NCBI RefSeq assembly: GCF_001194135.2
Contig: NC_069001.1
Coordinates: forward strand, 38,846,536-38,902,227
Source of the DNA: Octopus bimaculoides
Lineage: Eukaryota
Direction of reading: 5' to 3'
Length of the DNA: 55,692 nucleotides
The notes below the pieces were generated by a model, which saw nothing but the letters and a program-made list of their open reading frames with translations, was not told where the DNA came from and searched no databases. Shown piece by piece: positions 34,467 through 48,220 of the stretch (its first letter is position 1; each line of letters starts with the position of its first letter). The position numbers and the translations under genes were made by a program.

Positions 34467-34960
34467 TACGACGTCTGATGCGGTCGAATGGTGATTGGAG
34501 CCTCTTCGAAGTCATCCACTTCTGAAGCAACGAACTTTATCCAGCGTTGTTTCCATTGATGGAAGCATTCCTGGAATTCCTTTCTGGGATAGCAGCCGGC
34601 AGCCTGTCACAGTCCTTTGGATTTCCACAACGTCCTGAAACTTTGTTGAGGTCTTCTACTGGTTTCAGGGTCATAGCCATAGACTTCCGAGTTGTCCCCT
34701 GTTAAGATCGTTTCCAAAAAGTTTTCCTCTTCCTCGACAAAATGAAGGAGATTCGGCGAGGCTTGAAACCTAATCGCTTTCAGCTGACCACATTTATTAC
34801 ACATTTTCCTTCCAAGCATTGCTGTAAACAACGGAAGTGATCGAAAACGTTATAACTTATCAAGTTCAAGTTTAGTCTGTGTCAGGGCACCTTCACTCTG
34901 CGTAGTTTAACTCCGTTACCACAACAACGGAGTCCCGATACGTTTTCATCAAACCTCGTA
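34467..34960 (-). mobile_element. Internally deleted mariner (Tc1/mariner) DNA transposon with both TIRs
   Basis: Ends TACGAGGTTTGATGAAAACG (34960, - strand) and TACGACGTCTGATGC (34467, + strand), TA-bounded. Internal remnants NFLETILTGDNSEVYGYDPET (mariner ITGDETWVYxYDPE) and, after a deletion, EFQECFHQWKQRWIKFVASEVDDFE (mariner C-terminus). Confidence 0.85.
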
Positions 34961-37410
34961 CGTAATGTCTTGACAGCTGTTTCAAGAGGCCAATGTTACG
35001 CAGTAACAATATTCATTGGTGATATATGCATGATATCAAAGGTGTGTGTGTGTGATCAGCGTCAAATCAGGATGAAGTGACAAATGCGAGTCAATCAAGT
35101 TGAAATTTATCTGAGTCCGACTCTGTATTATCGTATTGAGCTCTCACCTATTCACTTTGTCTGTGTGTCTGTAGAATTGTATTGTCTAACCTGGTGCTAG
35201 TGTCGGTGATGGTGGGAGTGGGGAAGATATCGATGCTGATGGGGGTGGTGGCAATGGTGGTGTGGTGATGGTATTGTTGTTGGTAGTTTATGGAGTCAAT
35301 TAACTTTTGCTGGTTGATGATGGTGACGATGGTGATGATTGTATTGGTGCTGGTGATGAAGATGGCATTGATGGTGATGGTGATGATGCTGATGCTGATG
35401 ATGGTGATGGTGGTGTTGACACCCACACGTCATTGCTTGATCTGATTATCTGTGGTAAAAAATATTTTGGTTCACCGACGCCGCCACCACCACCACCACC
35501 ACCACCACCACATAATCTTATAAACCTCTTTACTACCATCATCATCATCATCATCAACAATAGTAGCAACTGTAGTACCATCGCCACCACCACCACCACC
35601 GCCCCTCCCTCTACCATTATGTCAATGACATTAAAGTGCCAAAACCACGTACACTTATTTCAACACTTTCAAAATGTCTTTTTTTAAAATTGTTCTTTTT
35701 TTTCTTTCTCCATTCACACCTTTCCGGAAGTTGTCACATCATGTGACTCTCTCATCCAAACAACAATGTCCGATCATATCAACACCAGAAATCAAATTAA
35801 CAATTGATTTTCTTTCTTCCAGTTTTATTTCATTGTGTCGTTGCTTCCTCCTCCTCCTCCTCCTCCTCCTCCTCCTTAATTCTCTAAGCCAATCGATGCC
35901 TGCCTGTTATTCCGATCCTCGAGTTCGTATCCCACCAAGGTCGATTTCACGTTTTATTCTTTCAGGGGTCGATAAATAAAGTAGCAATCTAGGGAGGTGT
36001 GGTAGAGACTGGTGCCTTGTGGTATTTCTCCAAGATCTTCACATTTCGAGTTAAAATTCCGTCATGACTTACTTAATCCATCACCTGGTCCACCACCACC
36101 ACCGACTGTTGCCCGGGATACCTTTAGCGGAGTTTAGTCCATGGCAAATATTTGGGTATCGTCGTTGTAAGGGTCTTCGATGTTGGCAGAAGGAAGGAAG
36201 GAAGGAAGGAAGACCTTGTCCAAATCTTTGCAACAGAGTGGGCTCCACACTGAAGATATCTGAAGGACAAGAATTTGCGTGAACTGAGCGAAAGGTCAAG
36301 TTTGCCATTGAAGAACCGAAGCTATTCGACCCCCCTTCTTCCACTCCATCCCTGTCAACCAAATTCCATTCACATTTGGTCGGCTTTAGGCTATGATATT
36401 AAACATTTGCTTTAGGTGCTGTGCACTGTGATTGAACCAGAGACTTTGTAGTTGGGAAGCGGGGATCTTAACCATAAGCCATATCTGCACTCCTTAACCC
36501 GGACAACGATGTCTGTTACGTCCCCTTGTCTACTCAGTCATGGCTGCACCCAGCTGAGAAGGGAATAACATTCAATACTTTGGCTTGGCATTGAATACAG
36601 AGGAGTACAGGGTTACAGTTTATAATGAAAACAAAAACACAAACATAATCACAACAACAACAACAGTAAGGGTGCCAAGAGCAAGAAAACTCCCCCCCCC
36701 CCAGCAACAAGAACAAATGTCGACAAATGATTTAAATTTAGATTGATTTCTATAATCATTTAAGACCATGGAGCTTTCATTTAGTTAAAGAATATTTTTT
36801 TGTAAAATTTAAGTTTCTTTTTGCATAAATAATTTTTTTCTTTTTCTCCAATTAAAAAGGAAAAAAAAAAGACTTTTATCGTTCAAAAAACAAAAAACAA
36901 AAAAAAACGCAAAACCTGAAGGAAAACCCCGAAAAACAGTTAAAAAAACAAAAGAAAAAAAAGGGGCAAAACAGAAGTAAAAGTTAGCAAAGATGGTGAA
37001 TGTATTTAATATTTGATTTTCCCGTTCTGTTTGACAAGTTATTGATTATTAGTTCGTGACAAGATGAATATTTATATTAATGGATTATTCTGAGACTTTA
37101 CCTGCTGCAGTCTTTAGGAGAGAACGCCACAAATATAAAAGTTTTGTTGATGTTTGATAAATAAACTGGGCAGAAGCGAAGAATCATTAGAGTCAGCCAT
37201 CTTTATTATATTCCAACCTTTGACAGATAACTCGGTGAATATTAACTTCTTAAGCTATCTCCTACTTCTTCATTATTGAACATATCGATTTTAAACTATC
37301 GACAGATCTTAATTATGCATCGAGACAGTTTCAAAAATATTGATTAGACAGAGATATTTTATGTTAAACTGATGGCGTAATGGTGTCGTGTTTTGTTGGG
37401 CGCCGAAATG

Positions 37411-37533
37411 GGGTTTGTGGTGACCAGAGCTATGGAGGGCTGAGGGCTTTGTGATAACCGGAACTATGGAGGGGCTGAGAGGTTTGTGGTGAGTGGAGTT
37501 ATGGAAGGCTGAAGGGGTTTGTTATGACCAGAG
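37411..37533. repeat. 33-35-bp minisatellite, about 3.6 units
   Basis: gggtttgtggtgaccagagctatggagggctga-like units. Confidence 0.75.
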
Positions 37534-39169
37534 GTCAACGCTGTTGCGGAATAATCCACTGAAAACAGGCAGTGTGATAAGCCAACATGGAGATGACAGG
37601 ATGGATGTCACCCAAATTAAGGACGACTGATAGGGTCTACAGTTACAGTGGGTCGTGCTGACCTTCGATGAAGAGGTTTGTGGGGTAAAAAAACACTGTG
37701 ACGACCCACAATGAACATAGGGTTGTTCTTTCTCAAAGTAAAGGGCTCTGTGACGACCTGAAGTTACAGAAGTTGCAGTGACACACTGTGGAAAGGTGAG
37801 TAAAAATATTCTAGCCATGGCCATCCCATCGAATATTCAGACTTAATGTATCTAGAACTGCATTCGCCATCTTTCCTTGTTGCAATTGTTGTTGAACCCC
37901 AGGTAGTCCTGTTCCAGCAGACCTATAATCAATGGTATTCCATATGTGACCATTCCATTTAGGATTCTGATATCATCTCCCTAGCACTATGGTTTCTAAT
38001 GTAACCCTCAATGTTGTTTAGTCCCAGGCCAGTCCTGATCCAGCAGAACTATGAACTGAGACTCTCCATCCGTGACCACCACAGATACATTCAGACAGTG
38101 TCTTAAGAAATACATTGTCTTATTTCATTTCATTCTCTCTTATAAATTTTTCTTTTAATCTTTAATCATATATTCTTTTATGTGTAATCATCTTTTATAT
38201 CCTAAGCTGGTTTATTTTGTGACTTATTAAACTAATCCTAATCCTTCCCCTCTTTTCACCCCCACTCCTATTATACATTATCCCCCCCCCTCTCTCACTT
38301 CTTTGCAAACAACTTTTCTAAGATAAAATTTTAATTAAAACTATTCTATGTTTGTATAAACTGTGCACAACATTATACATAGATATTTTCACCTGATGCT
38401 GTTTTAAGTGTGTGTATACCTACCTACCTACCTACCTATCTACCTACCTACCTACCAGTGGCGGACTGGGTCTAAAAATATTGGTTGCCAGGAGACTAAG
38501 GGGGCCCATCCACAACTACAGTTCTATCATTTAATTTTTTTTTGGTTAAAACTATTCTTTTCACCTGTCTACAAACACAGCCAGGCTGACATAATTAATG
38601 CATTTTTCCAGGAGTGAATAAAAAATTCTCAAACTTGAGGGGATGGGCAACCTTAGATACTAACATGGGTCCCCATATATGGATTCTAATAGCGCAGGGG
38701 CCCACTTGATATCGGGCAAGCTGGCAACTTGGCCAGCCTACCTACCTACCTACCTACCTACCTACATACATACATACATACATGCATACATACACATAAA
38801 CATATATATTCATGTTTACATAACGCTGGACCGGAAATTAAGTAAAACATTCACACTTCGTTGCTGGGCAAGGCATCAACATCACTCATTCGCTTCAACC
38901 CTACTCTGGACCTCTATCTTAAGGAATCGAGTTTTCAGTGGATGGATGACCAAAACTAGAAACGAGAAAGTCGAGGGAACCTTTGTTGGGCGTCCAGAAA
39001 TAACAACCAAACATTTTTTAGATAACATATTCCACTGGCTTAAATTGTAGGACACGTTGGACAATGTAATTGATGATTGGCAAAAAGACAGGATGGTCAC
39101 AAACAGAAAGCCTTTGATAACAGATCTCTTTGATTAAGGATGAACGACAGTAAGTACATCAAGCGGGAA

Positions 39170-39277
39170 GGACACATGAGTTAATGTAGTCCTAGATACA
39201 CAAGGACACATCGGGTAATGTAGTCGTAGATAGACTGGGACATTGGTTAATGTTGTCCCAGATAGACTAAGACACAT
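39170..39277. repeat. 33-34-bp tandem repeat, 3 units
   Basis: ggacacatgagttaatgtagtcctagatacacaa-like units. Confidence 0.7.
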
Positions 39278-39611
39278 TTTCGCTCTAATTATCGACGATA
39301 TTGATAATGGTAATTATTATGGTAATATATTGATAATGATAATTGTAAAACAGAATGGAGGAGGAGGAGTAGTAAGGTGGTGAAGGCAGGAAGTCAGCCA
39401 TATTTCTGAAAAGAGCGATAAGTCTTCTGCTAGGATTGGTTTGGACAAAAGCCAAACGCCAATATGTTCGATTATGGAGAAGAATCATATCGCACATCGA
39501 TTAGGGATTTCACCATTCATTATTAGCTGTATCGATTAGGGATTTAATGCCTATATTGATCAGTATTGATAATTTCAGTGAACGGGCGTGCGGAGGATCT
39601 ACTTAAAGTGA

Positions 39612-39703
<92 letters not shown>

Positions 39704-39869
39704 ACATCCGCATATATACATACACACACATATACGAACATACACATGTAATAAACACACATACAAACATATGCACATCACATATATACACGCACGCGTT
39801 AAAGTGCAAATTGAATGTACATACACACGTGCACACACATACATACACACGCACAAATGTACCTCTACA

Positions 39870-40080
39870 TAAAAGTAAGGCAGAGTTGTTAGCATGTCGG
39901 ATAGAATGCTTAGCGGCATTTCGTTCGTCTTTAAGTCCGGAGTTCAAATTCCGCCGCGGTCGACTTTGCCTTTCATCCTTTCAGGGTCGATAAAGTAAGT
40001 ACCAGTTAAGCAGTGGGAGTAAGTGTAATTGACTCACCCACTGACTCGAAATTGCTGGCTTCGTGTCAAAATTTGAAACC
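39870..40080 (+). mobile_element. SINE family A copy
   Basis: gttcaaattccgccgcggtcgactttgcctttcatcctttcagggtcgataaagtaagtaccag. Confidence 0.7.
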
Positions 40081-40427
40081 GATATCTCGACATCTCTAAC
40101 TAGAGAAGGAAGAGCGGGAAGGTCATGGCTGGAACGCTATTGATAATAGGTCTGGAGAGTCAGGAATGACTTGGGGTTAAAAGAAGAAGAACAACAACAT
40201 CAATTCGATATCCTTTATCACTCACAATGATCCACCGCATCTCTCCCCTCAACACAATCCGCGCTCTGTCCACGCATCTCCTTTCCGTCTACCCATCAAT
40301 GTTATCCCACCGTGTCTGTCGATCCCCCATTATCCCACAGCATTTATCACCTTTCTATTATTCCACTTTGTCTATTTTCAATATTTGCCGTTTTTATGAG
40401 AAATGTTTCCAAACAATTTATTCGACT

Positions 40428-41271
40428 AGAACATTGTCCACTGAATCGATCTCCTCAGAATTATCCCAATGTGACAATCCCCTCAGAATATCCTTTCATT
40501 ATTACCCTCTCTGTACCCATGCCGTCAAACCCTATATAATGTGCCTTTTTTTTCTCAACAAATCGAGCCAACCCCAAAATAACTTTGGCGTTTACTTATA
40601 TTAATGTATGAGAAAGGGTTAACAGTTTTATTGAATATATTAAGAACAAGTTCAGACGACAACAACAACCTAGCCATGTTTATCTCCTGTTTAAACCGCC
40701 ATTACAGGAACAATAGAAAACGTTTTTAGCTGGAAAATATTTCAAGACTTTGCCGACCAACCAAGGATGTTTTCCTGTAAAACTGAACAACTTTTCATCA
40801 AATCTGTTTAATACACTTCAGTGATTCTTCAAGAATTTTGACATTTCTAAGAACCTGTGCTAAAATGCAAAATGTCACTTAGATTTTCAGCTTCAAGCTG
40901 GGAACTTGAAAAACTCAGCGGAAAATTCCAAACAATATTTATCTCTGACATTCTCGTTTTTGTTCTGAAGCAGAAACGGAAAGATTTATTCTTATTTATG
41001 TGAAATCTCTCCTTTTGATTTTCTAACCATTACAATTCCGAACAATAACTACATTATTATTATTCTCCAAGAGCGTACGGCTCAGATTCTCAGGACGGGT
41101 AGAACAAGATTTATAGAATGGAATTATATATCGTATAACACGATTTGTATGATAGAATTACATAGACGTATAACAAGTATGGGTACAAAGGGAGTAATGA
41201 TAAAAGGATATTCTAAGGGGATTGTCACATTGGGATCATTCTGAGGAGATAGATTCAGTGGACAATGTTCT
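40428..41271. repeat. 93-bp inverted duplication (40428-40520 / 41179-41271)
   Basis: agaacattgtccactgaatc..ctcctcagaat..tcccaatgtgacaatcccc.. matches in reverse complement, roughly 85-90% identity by eye. Confidence 0.8.
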
Positions 41272-41343
41272 GGTTGTATAACAGGATTTGTATGATAGAA
41301 TTACATAGGCACAGGAATGGCTGTCTGGTCAGTAGCTTGCTTA

Positions 41344-41761
41344 CCCTGCCACACAAGCAGGAGAACCCAGTCATGGCTGTCAAACAATTCCTGCGACCAC
41401 ATCACCCCTAATATCTGGCTATCTAACTCCCCAGACTAGAACCCCCTTGATTATTGTGTGTGGGCTGCAGTTGAGCGAGAGACCAACAAAACTCTTTGTG
41501 ACACCAAAGATGAACTGAAGGCAAGGATTATGGCAGCATTCACCAACTTAAACAAGGAGACCATCCAGAAGAGCTGCAGGAGATTCCGAAGTCGTCTGGA
41601 GACCGTGGTTAAGGCCGATGGCGATGTTATTGGATAAATTTACTTTTTAGTATTTCAAGATATTCTTATGTAATTTTGGTAAATATATCTGTTAAAATGA
41701 AAAGTCAGTGTTATTTTCATTTTTGCGTAATTTAGACGACAATTTATTCGCCGCACCCTGT
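41344..41761 (+). mobile_element. Tc1/mariner-superfamily transposase 3' remnant with right end
   Basis: PCHTSRRTQSWLSNNSCDHITPNIWLSNSPD*NPLDYCVWAAVERETNK...KSCRRFRSRLETVVKADGDVIG* (41344-41637; decayed WPPNSPDxNPLD motif), then a terminal ...ttcgccgcaccctg. Confidence 0.85.
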
Positions 41762-43543
41762 CTATATATAAAACCAATCCTTCCCGGTTCCTGCAACATC
41801 TGAAGACCGACATCGCGTTAATGCTACGTGTTTTGAACAATTTAAACGTGGTAGCTTTCATTCCTCTCCAGGTCTTAACAACAGATTTGTTCCAAAGAAG
41901 AAAGGACACGAACCGAAACCAGTTCTGCAACTTCATTTATTGACCCCGAAAGGATGAAAAATAAAGTTGGCCACGGCGGGGTTTGATCTCTGAGTGTAGA
42001 GACGGGATACAAATACTGCGAAGCACTGTCTGTCTGTCTGTCACTCTAATGTCTCGTGCATTTATGAGTGCAGTGGCATAAATGCATTCAACTGATGCAC
42101 TCAATGGAAACTGCGAGAGAACTGCAGCTGTTTCACCTGATTTCACACGGCACAGCATCTCAAATTACGTTACGGCGAACATTGGACAGTGCAATCTTAT
42201 GTATGTATGTATGTATGTATGTATGCATGCATGTTGGCATGCATGTATCTATGTATGTATCTATCTATCTATCTATCTATCTCACCATACCATATTAAAC
42301 CATAGTCCCTCCTCTCTCAACTTTAATGTGATTCTATGAAAAACAAAAACAAACCCAGTGATGCGACTCGGATCACATCTCCATCCCACTTTGCTGAATG
42401 GCCACCTCCATGTGTACGCTTCGTTTCCTTTAGGTTCCCTTTTGAAATTGCTTACAAATCTTAATTGAACCTTTAATCCGACATTGCGTTATCGCCGGTT
42501 TCTTTGGTAACTTGCCAACCACTTAACGCACTAATGTTTAACTAAGCAGCCAGAGAAACCATCTTGCTTTCAAGTTTAAAACCGGAATTAAAGCGCTCCC
42601 CCACCCCCCACCTTAACTGTATGAATATATTATAAATGAACTCTCTCACATTCGCTCATTTATAGAAGCNNNNNNNNNNNNNNNNNNNNNNNNNNNNNNN
42701 NNNNNNNNNNNNNNNNNNNNNNNNNNNNNNNNNNNNNNNNNNNNNNNNNNNNNNNNNNNNNNNNNNNNNNNNNNNNNNNNNNNNNNNNNNNNNNNNNNNN
42801 NNNNNNNNNNNNNNNNNNNNNNNNNNNNNNNNNNNNNNNNNNNNNNNNNNNNNNNNNNNNNNNNNNNNNNNNNNNNNNNNNNNNNNNNNNNNNNNNNNNN
42901 NNNNNNNNNNNNNNNNNNNNNNNNNNNNNNNNNNNNNNNNNNNNNNNNNNNNNNNNNNNNNNNNNNNNNNNNNNNNNNNNNNNNNNNNNNNNNNNNNNNN
43001 NNNNNNNNNNNNNNNNNNNNNNNNNNNNNNNNNNNNNNNNNNNNNNNNNNNNNNNNNNNNNNNNNNNNNNNNNNTGTTTCCATACACACACACATTATGC
43101 GCAATATGCTGTTCACTGGAAAAACTGCAATAAATTTAAATATTATACTCCGTCCTTGTAGGATAAAGAAGAATGTAAAACCCTTACTTTCTGTGCTGTT
43201 GATTTGTAGATGGAAGCGGAGAAAGAGTTTCCTCACGGACCGTTAACAGTTTAAAAAATAAAACAAAACTATGTAATCTGTGTGCATTTTCCTTCTTTTA
43301 TTTTACACACACACGCACGCAGACATTTTTTGCAACTGTCCGACGATCAATCACTTGAAACACTGATCAAGAGCTTGTGAAGATTTTGTTTCGCCCTCTA
43401 ATAGTATGTTACTCTAACTTTGATATTAGAGTACTATTTTTTCCATCTTGTCACGCATTTTATGTACTTACTTATGTATCTTTATATGTATGCATGTATG
43501 TATGTATACACACACAACCTCACTATACATATATATATGTGTG

Positions 43544-43606
<63 letters not shown>

Positions 43607-44228
43607 CACCCCTACCACCTTACACACGTATGTATGCATACGTGTATGTATGTATGTATGTATGTATGTATGTGTAAGTATGTTCGTGTGCGTGTGTGTC
43701 TGTGCAAATGTATGGTTGTGTAAGCCAGTACCATAGTTTCGTATAGATGACGATTAACTACCAAAGACGATCTTTCGCGGACATGAAAAATGATGTCACT
43801 CAAAATGATGTGTGGAAACATTTTATTTCTTCGTTTATCTTATTTATATCTTTATCTTAGTTTTTTAACACACACACGCACGCACGCACGCACGCACGCA
43901 CGCACAAACTTCTGCACTACACACAAACATACACACACTCATGCACGCACACCCATACACACCAAAACCCCCTTTCACCAATGTTTAACCTCTCCCTATA
44001 ACCCCAACACGTTCATACACATCAGCCCCAACAAGACATACAGAATTATAGCCATTAACAAACTCATTTAACCAACTTAAGTGACAACCTTTCCTTTCTA
44101 CTACGTTCGTGCAAATCTCTCTCATAACGTACATATCAGTAAAAATTTGCATGTTAGCCGACAGTTAACATCGTTTATGTTAATGAAGCGGACAAGTTTT
44201 GAAACGTGCGTATATGATATATCGATAC

Positions 44229-44277
<49 letters not shown>

Positions 44278-44801
44278 TACACTGTACATTATACACTCTT
44301 CCACTTAAAAAAATGAGAAAAGTGTTAAAGAAAATAAAAACACCCTACGGTGTATGAAAGGAAAAACTGGAATGAATAAAACGAAAAAAGAAAGAGAAAG
44401 GAAAAACAGTAAAAACCAACATGGCTGAAAAGTAAGAAAAAATGGTGCGATGACAAATTCTGTGTATTATGTTATAAGTGGTGATAGCATTATATAGAGA
44501 GATCGATATTTTGTCACGTTATTCATCATATGTGACGAAAATTGATTGTATAAAATTGTAATATAATTTGTTTTTTTTTTTGTAAATAACAAAATATAAC
44601 ATATATAGAATTATGTGTGTATGTATGTATGTGTGTGTATGCATGTATGCATGTCTCTTCTATTTTTTTTTTAATTATTATAAATCTTCTACTGAGGAGG
44701 AAGCCGGTTTCCAACAAAGATACAAAGCCCCATCTTTGGGATGTAGTTAACACAGACAATTATGTATGTATGAATCTGTCTCTCTATCTGCATATATGTA
44801 C

Positions 44802-44853
<52 letters not shown>

Positions 44854-46236
44854 TTTTACTTTTACTTTTATACTATAACTTTTTTCAATTTACTGGATTC
44901 CAGCCATGCTGGGGCACCGCGTGCATAAATTTACTCGGACAAATCGACCGCAGTATACAAACCAACTCCCGTTGTTAAGCGATGTTGAGACAAACATAAA
45001 CCCTAACCCATATATATAAATATATACACAACGCATTTCGACCTTTCGGGGTCGATAAATTAAGTACCAGTTGCGTACAGGGGTCGATCTAATCGACTGC
45101 CCCCCTCCCTCAAAATTTCTGGCCTTGTGTCTAGAGTAGAAAAGGATACTACACATGTCGATATTAGACAACATATTGATATAGAAAAACATAACATAGA
45201 CAATAAATCTTAAGCGATCACGTGACCGAGCAGGCTATCAAATGCTGTTATACATCGCTGGTCAAAATGCGCTAAGCACCGTTTTAGTTTTCGAAAAGGT
45301 AGTTAACCTCGCTGGCCTGGTGAGGAAAAAACAAAGAATATTCTCTTCAAACCAGAAACTTTCGGAGAGCAATGGAATTTATTTATTTTTTTTTTTTTGG
45401 TTGGTTTTTCGATTGGAAGGAAAGAAACGCAGCTTTTGTCTAAAATGAAAAGGTTGTTTTATCAAAGTCGACTTGAACTTTCAAATTTACTGAAAACATT
45501 TCAATTGGTGCGAGTTTTAGTGTGAAATTCTTAGAGTAATCCGTCGGATTATCGGATGTCAAGGATTACATCAACGAAGATCTTTTGGGAAAGATAATCT
45601 TTTACACCTAACTCTATACGTAATCTTTTTTGGGAGAAGACAATGAGAATTGGATGGCAATGTGTTTATGGCGGAGATGTGGGCGATATCAAAGGTGGGG
45701 TGGGGGGACATATTTGATGATACGAGTATAAAGAGTTGAAGAGGGGTAGGTAACCCTCTGCCCCCAATTCGGTTCATTCACCCACTTCGTGCCTGTTTAA
45801 AAGCTGGCATAAATTCCATACTGTATTTATCCTGGCTTTTTATGATCTGAATTTAAATCGGCCCAAGTCAACCTTGGAATTCATCTTCCTATAAAGTAAA
45901 AGCCTGAAGGCAGGAACATAGGAGATGGAGATAAGAGGTGTTGGCGGTCGGCGATCAGGCCAAGAAAGAAAGATTATGGCTGTCCGAACACCGGTCACGT
46001 GGAAGGAAGAGAGAGGGGTAGGGGCAGCGGGACTGAAGGATTAGGGGAAGAACGGGAAAGAGAGAAAAATGAAAGAGACAAAGGGAAAGATACAGGGGAA
46101 ATAAACGAGGAGGAAAAGTAGGAGTTAAAGAAGAGAGGGTCAAGAAATATGAGAGAGGGAAAGCGAGAAAAAGAAAAGAGGAAGAAAAAGGAACAAAAGC
46201 GCAATAGAGGACAATATAACATCCGGTGTGTGTGTG

Positions 46237-46540
46237 AAGGCGCATGGTTTAGTGGTTAGGGCATTTGGCTCAAGATCGTAAGGGCACGAGATCAATTCCT
46301 GACGGCGCGCTGTGTCCTTGAGCAAGACACTTTATTTCACGTTGCTCCAGTCCACTCAAGTGGCAAAAATGAGTTGTACCTGGAATTCACAAGGGACCAG
46401 CCTTGTTACACTCTGTGTCACACTGAATCTCCCTGAGAACTGGATTAAGGGTACACGTGTCTGTGGAGTATTCAGTCACTTTCACGTTAATTGGATCAAC
46501 TGGAACCCTCGCTGTCGTAACCGACGGAGTGCCTGTAATA
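46237..46540 (+). mobile_element. SINE family C copy with tRNA-like A/B boxes
   Basis: ggcgcatggtttagtggttaggg...gatcaattcctg...tgtgtccttgagcaagacactttatttcacgttgctccagtccactca; also at 19010-19095, 20395-20500 and 53625-53740. Confidence 0.7.
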
Positions 46541-46937
46541 TATCTGTAAATATTTATGTATATATATACACGGCATGTGTGTGTGTGTGTGTGTGTAAAC
46601 AAAGATTAGCTATTAATACTAACCAGAATCCGGATAAATTCTGGTCTTGTTTGAAAGAATTATCGATCTCTCAGTGAAAATGGGAAAAAGACGGAGATGT
46701 ATTTTCAGGAAGTCGCCATTGTGGTTGACGTCACACATCACCATAGCAACGAGATAAGCACGATCTGAGAAATGCACCAATAGAGAAGTGTGCGCGCGCG
46801 CATACACACACACATATATACACGCACACATATATGTACGTAGATGCATACACATATACATGTATATATATATATGTGTATACAACTATACATGTAGCTA
46901 GATACACGCATACACGTATCACATATATACATACACC

Positions 46938-46991
<54 letters not shown>

Positions 46992-47147
46992 TACATACAC
47001 GCATAATTTCATTTATAATTCTACATTCGTATATATATCAATATAAACAGAAATTAATTTATGCAACTACATTTATATACACATATATACACACATTTGC
47101 GTGTTTGCGCATTGACATCTATGAAGATAAAGCAGACATTCGTATAT

Positions 47148-47199
<52 letters not shown>

Positions 47200-47275
47200 A
47201 TGTAGACACATATACGGACACATATATGTATGCATGTATATATGTATGTATATATATAAGTATACTCATATATGT

Positions 47276-47311
<36 letters not shown>

Positions 47312-47610
47312 ACATACGTACACACACACACACACATATATGTATACAGTATATATAGAAGTTGATATCGATAAATCAATGAAAGACAACGATATTTAAG
47401 TTAGAAAGGAAAATATAAATTAAACACAATCACAATAATAATAATGATAATAATAATAATAATAATTATAAGAATAAGAAAAACAAGAAGAAAATCTGTG
47501 GAACATTACTGAGTGTGGTCAGAGGGGTGAAAGTGGTAAGGTGGAACAACTCTATCACCACCACCACCACCTTTAACAACGACACAAACACTACCACCAA
47601 CACTACCCTA

Positions 47611-47870
<260 letters not shown>

Positions 47871-48220
47871 TGAGTGAGTGTATGTGTGAAATGTTGAGTA
47901 TATGCGTATGAGCTTGTTACTGTGGATGTCTGTATGTATGTATGTATGTATGTATGTACGTACGTATGTATGTGTGTATGTACGTACGTACGTATGTATG
48001 TATGTATGTCATTATTGAGTTTTATTTCAAGATTTCTTGCCAATCGGCAAAGCGCCGGTTTCTAACCTAGACCCAAGGCTCCTTCATTGGAATTTCAACG
48101 ACATCAACAGGGTATGTATGTATGTATGTATGTATGTATGTATGTATGTATGTATGTGTATGTGCAGATTTGTATGTTTTGCTTTATGTATGTATGCTCA
48201 TGTATATAGTTGCACCCACT

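Noticed and set aside
35148-35687. Ser/Pro/Gly- and Asp/Thr-rich ORFs on both strands (similar at 50570-50790 and 52883-53421)
   Set aside because: Degenerate trinucleotide tracts (GAT/GGT/CCA/CAT) that are open in several frames; no splice or domain support.
37522-37824. 100-aa minus-strand ORF and a strong + strand donor GAAAG|gtgagt near 37795
   Set aside because: No recognisable domain; the + frames are full of stops; no partner exon found.
46237-46310. tRNA-like A/B box sequences (also 3783, 19010, 39870 and 53625)
   Set aside because: No complete cloverleaf, and each continues into a multi-copy SINE body, so these are SINE heads rather than tRNA genes.
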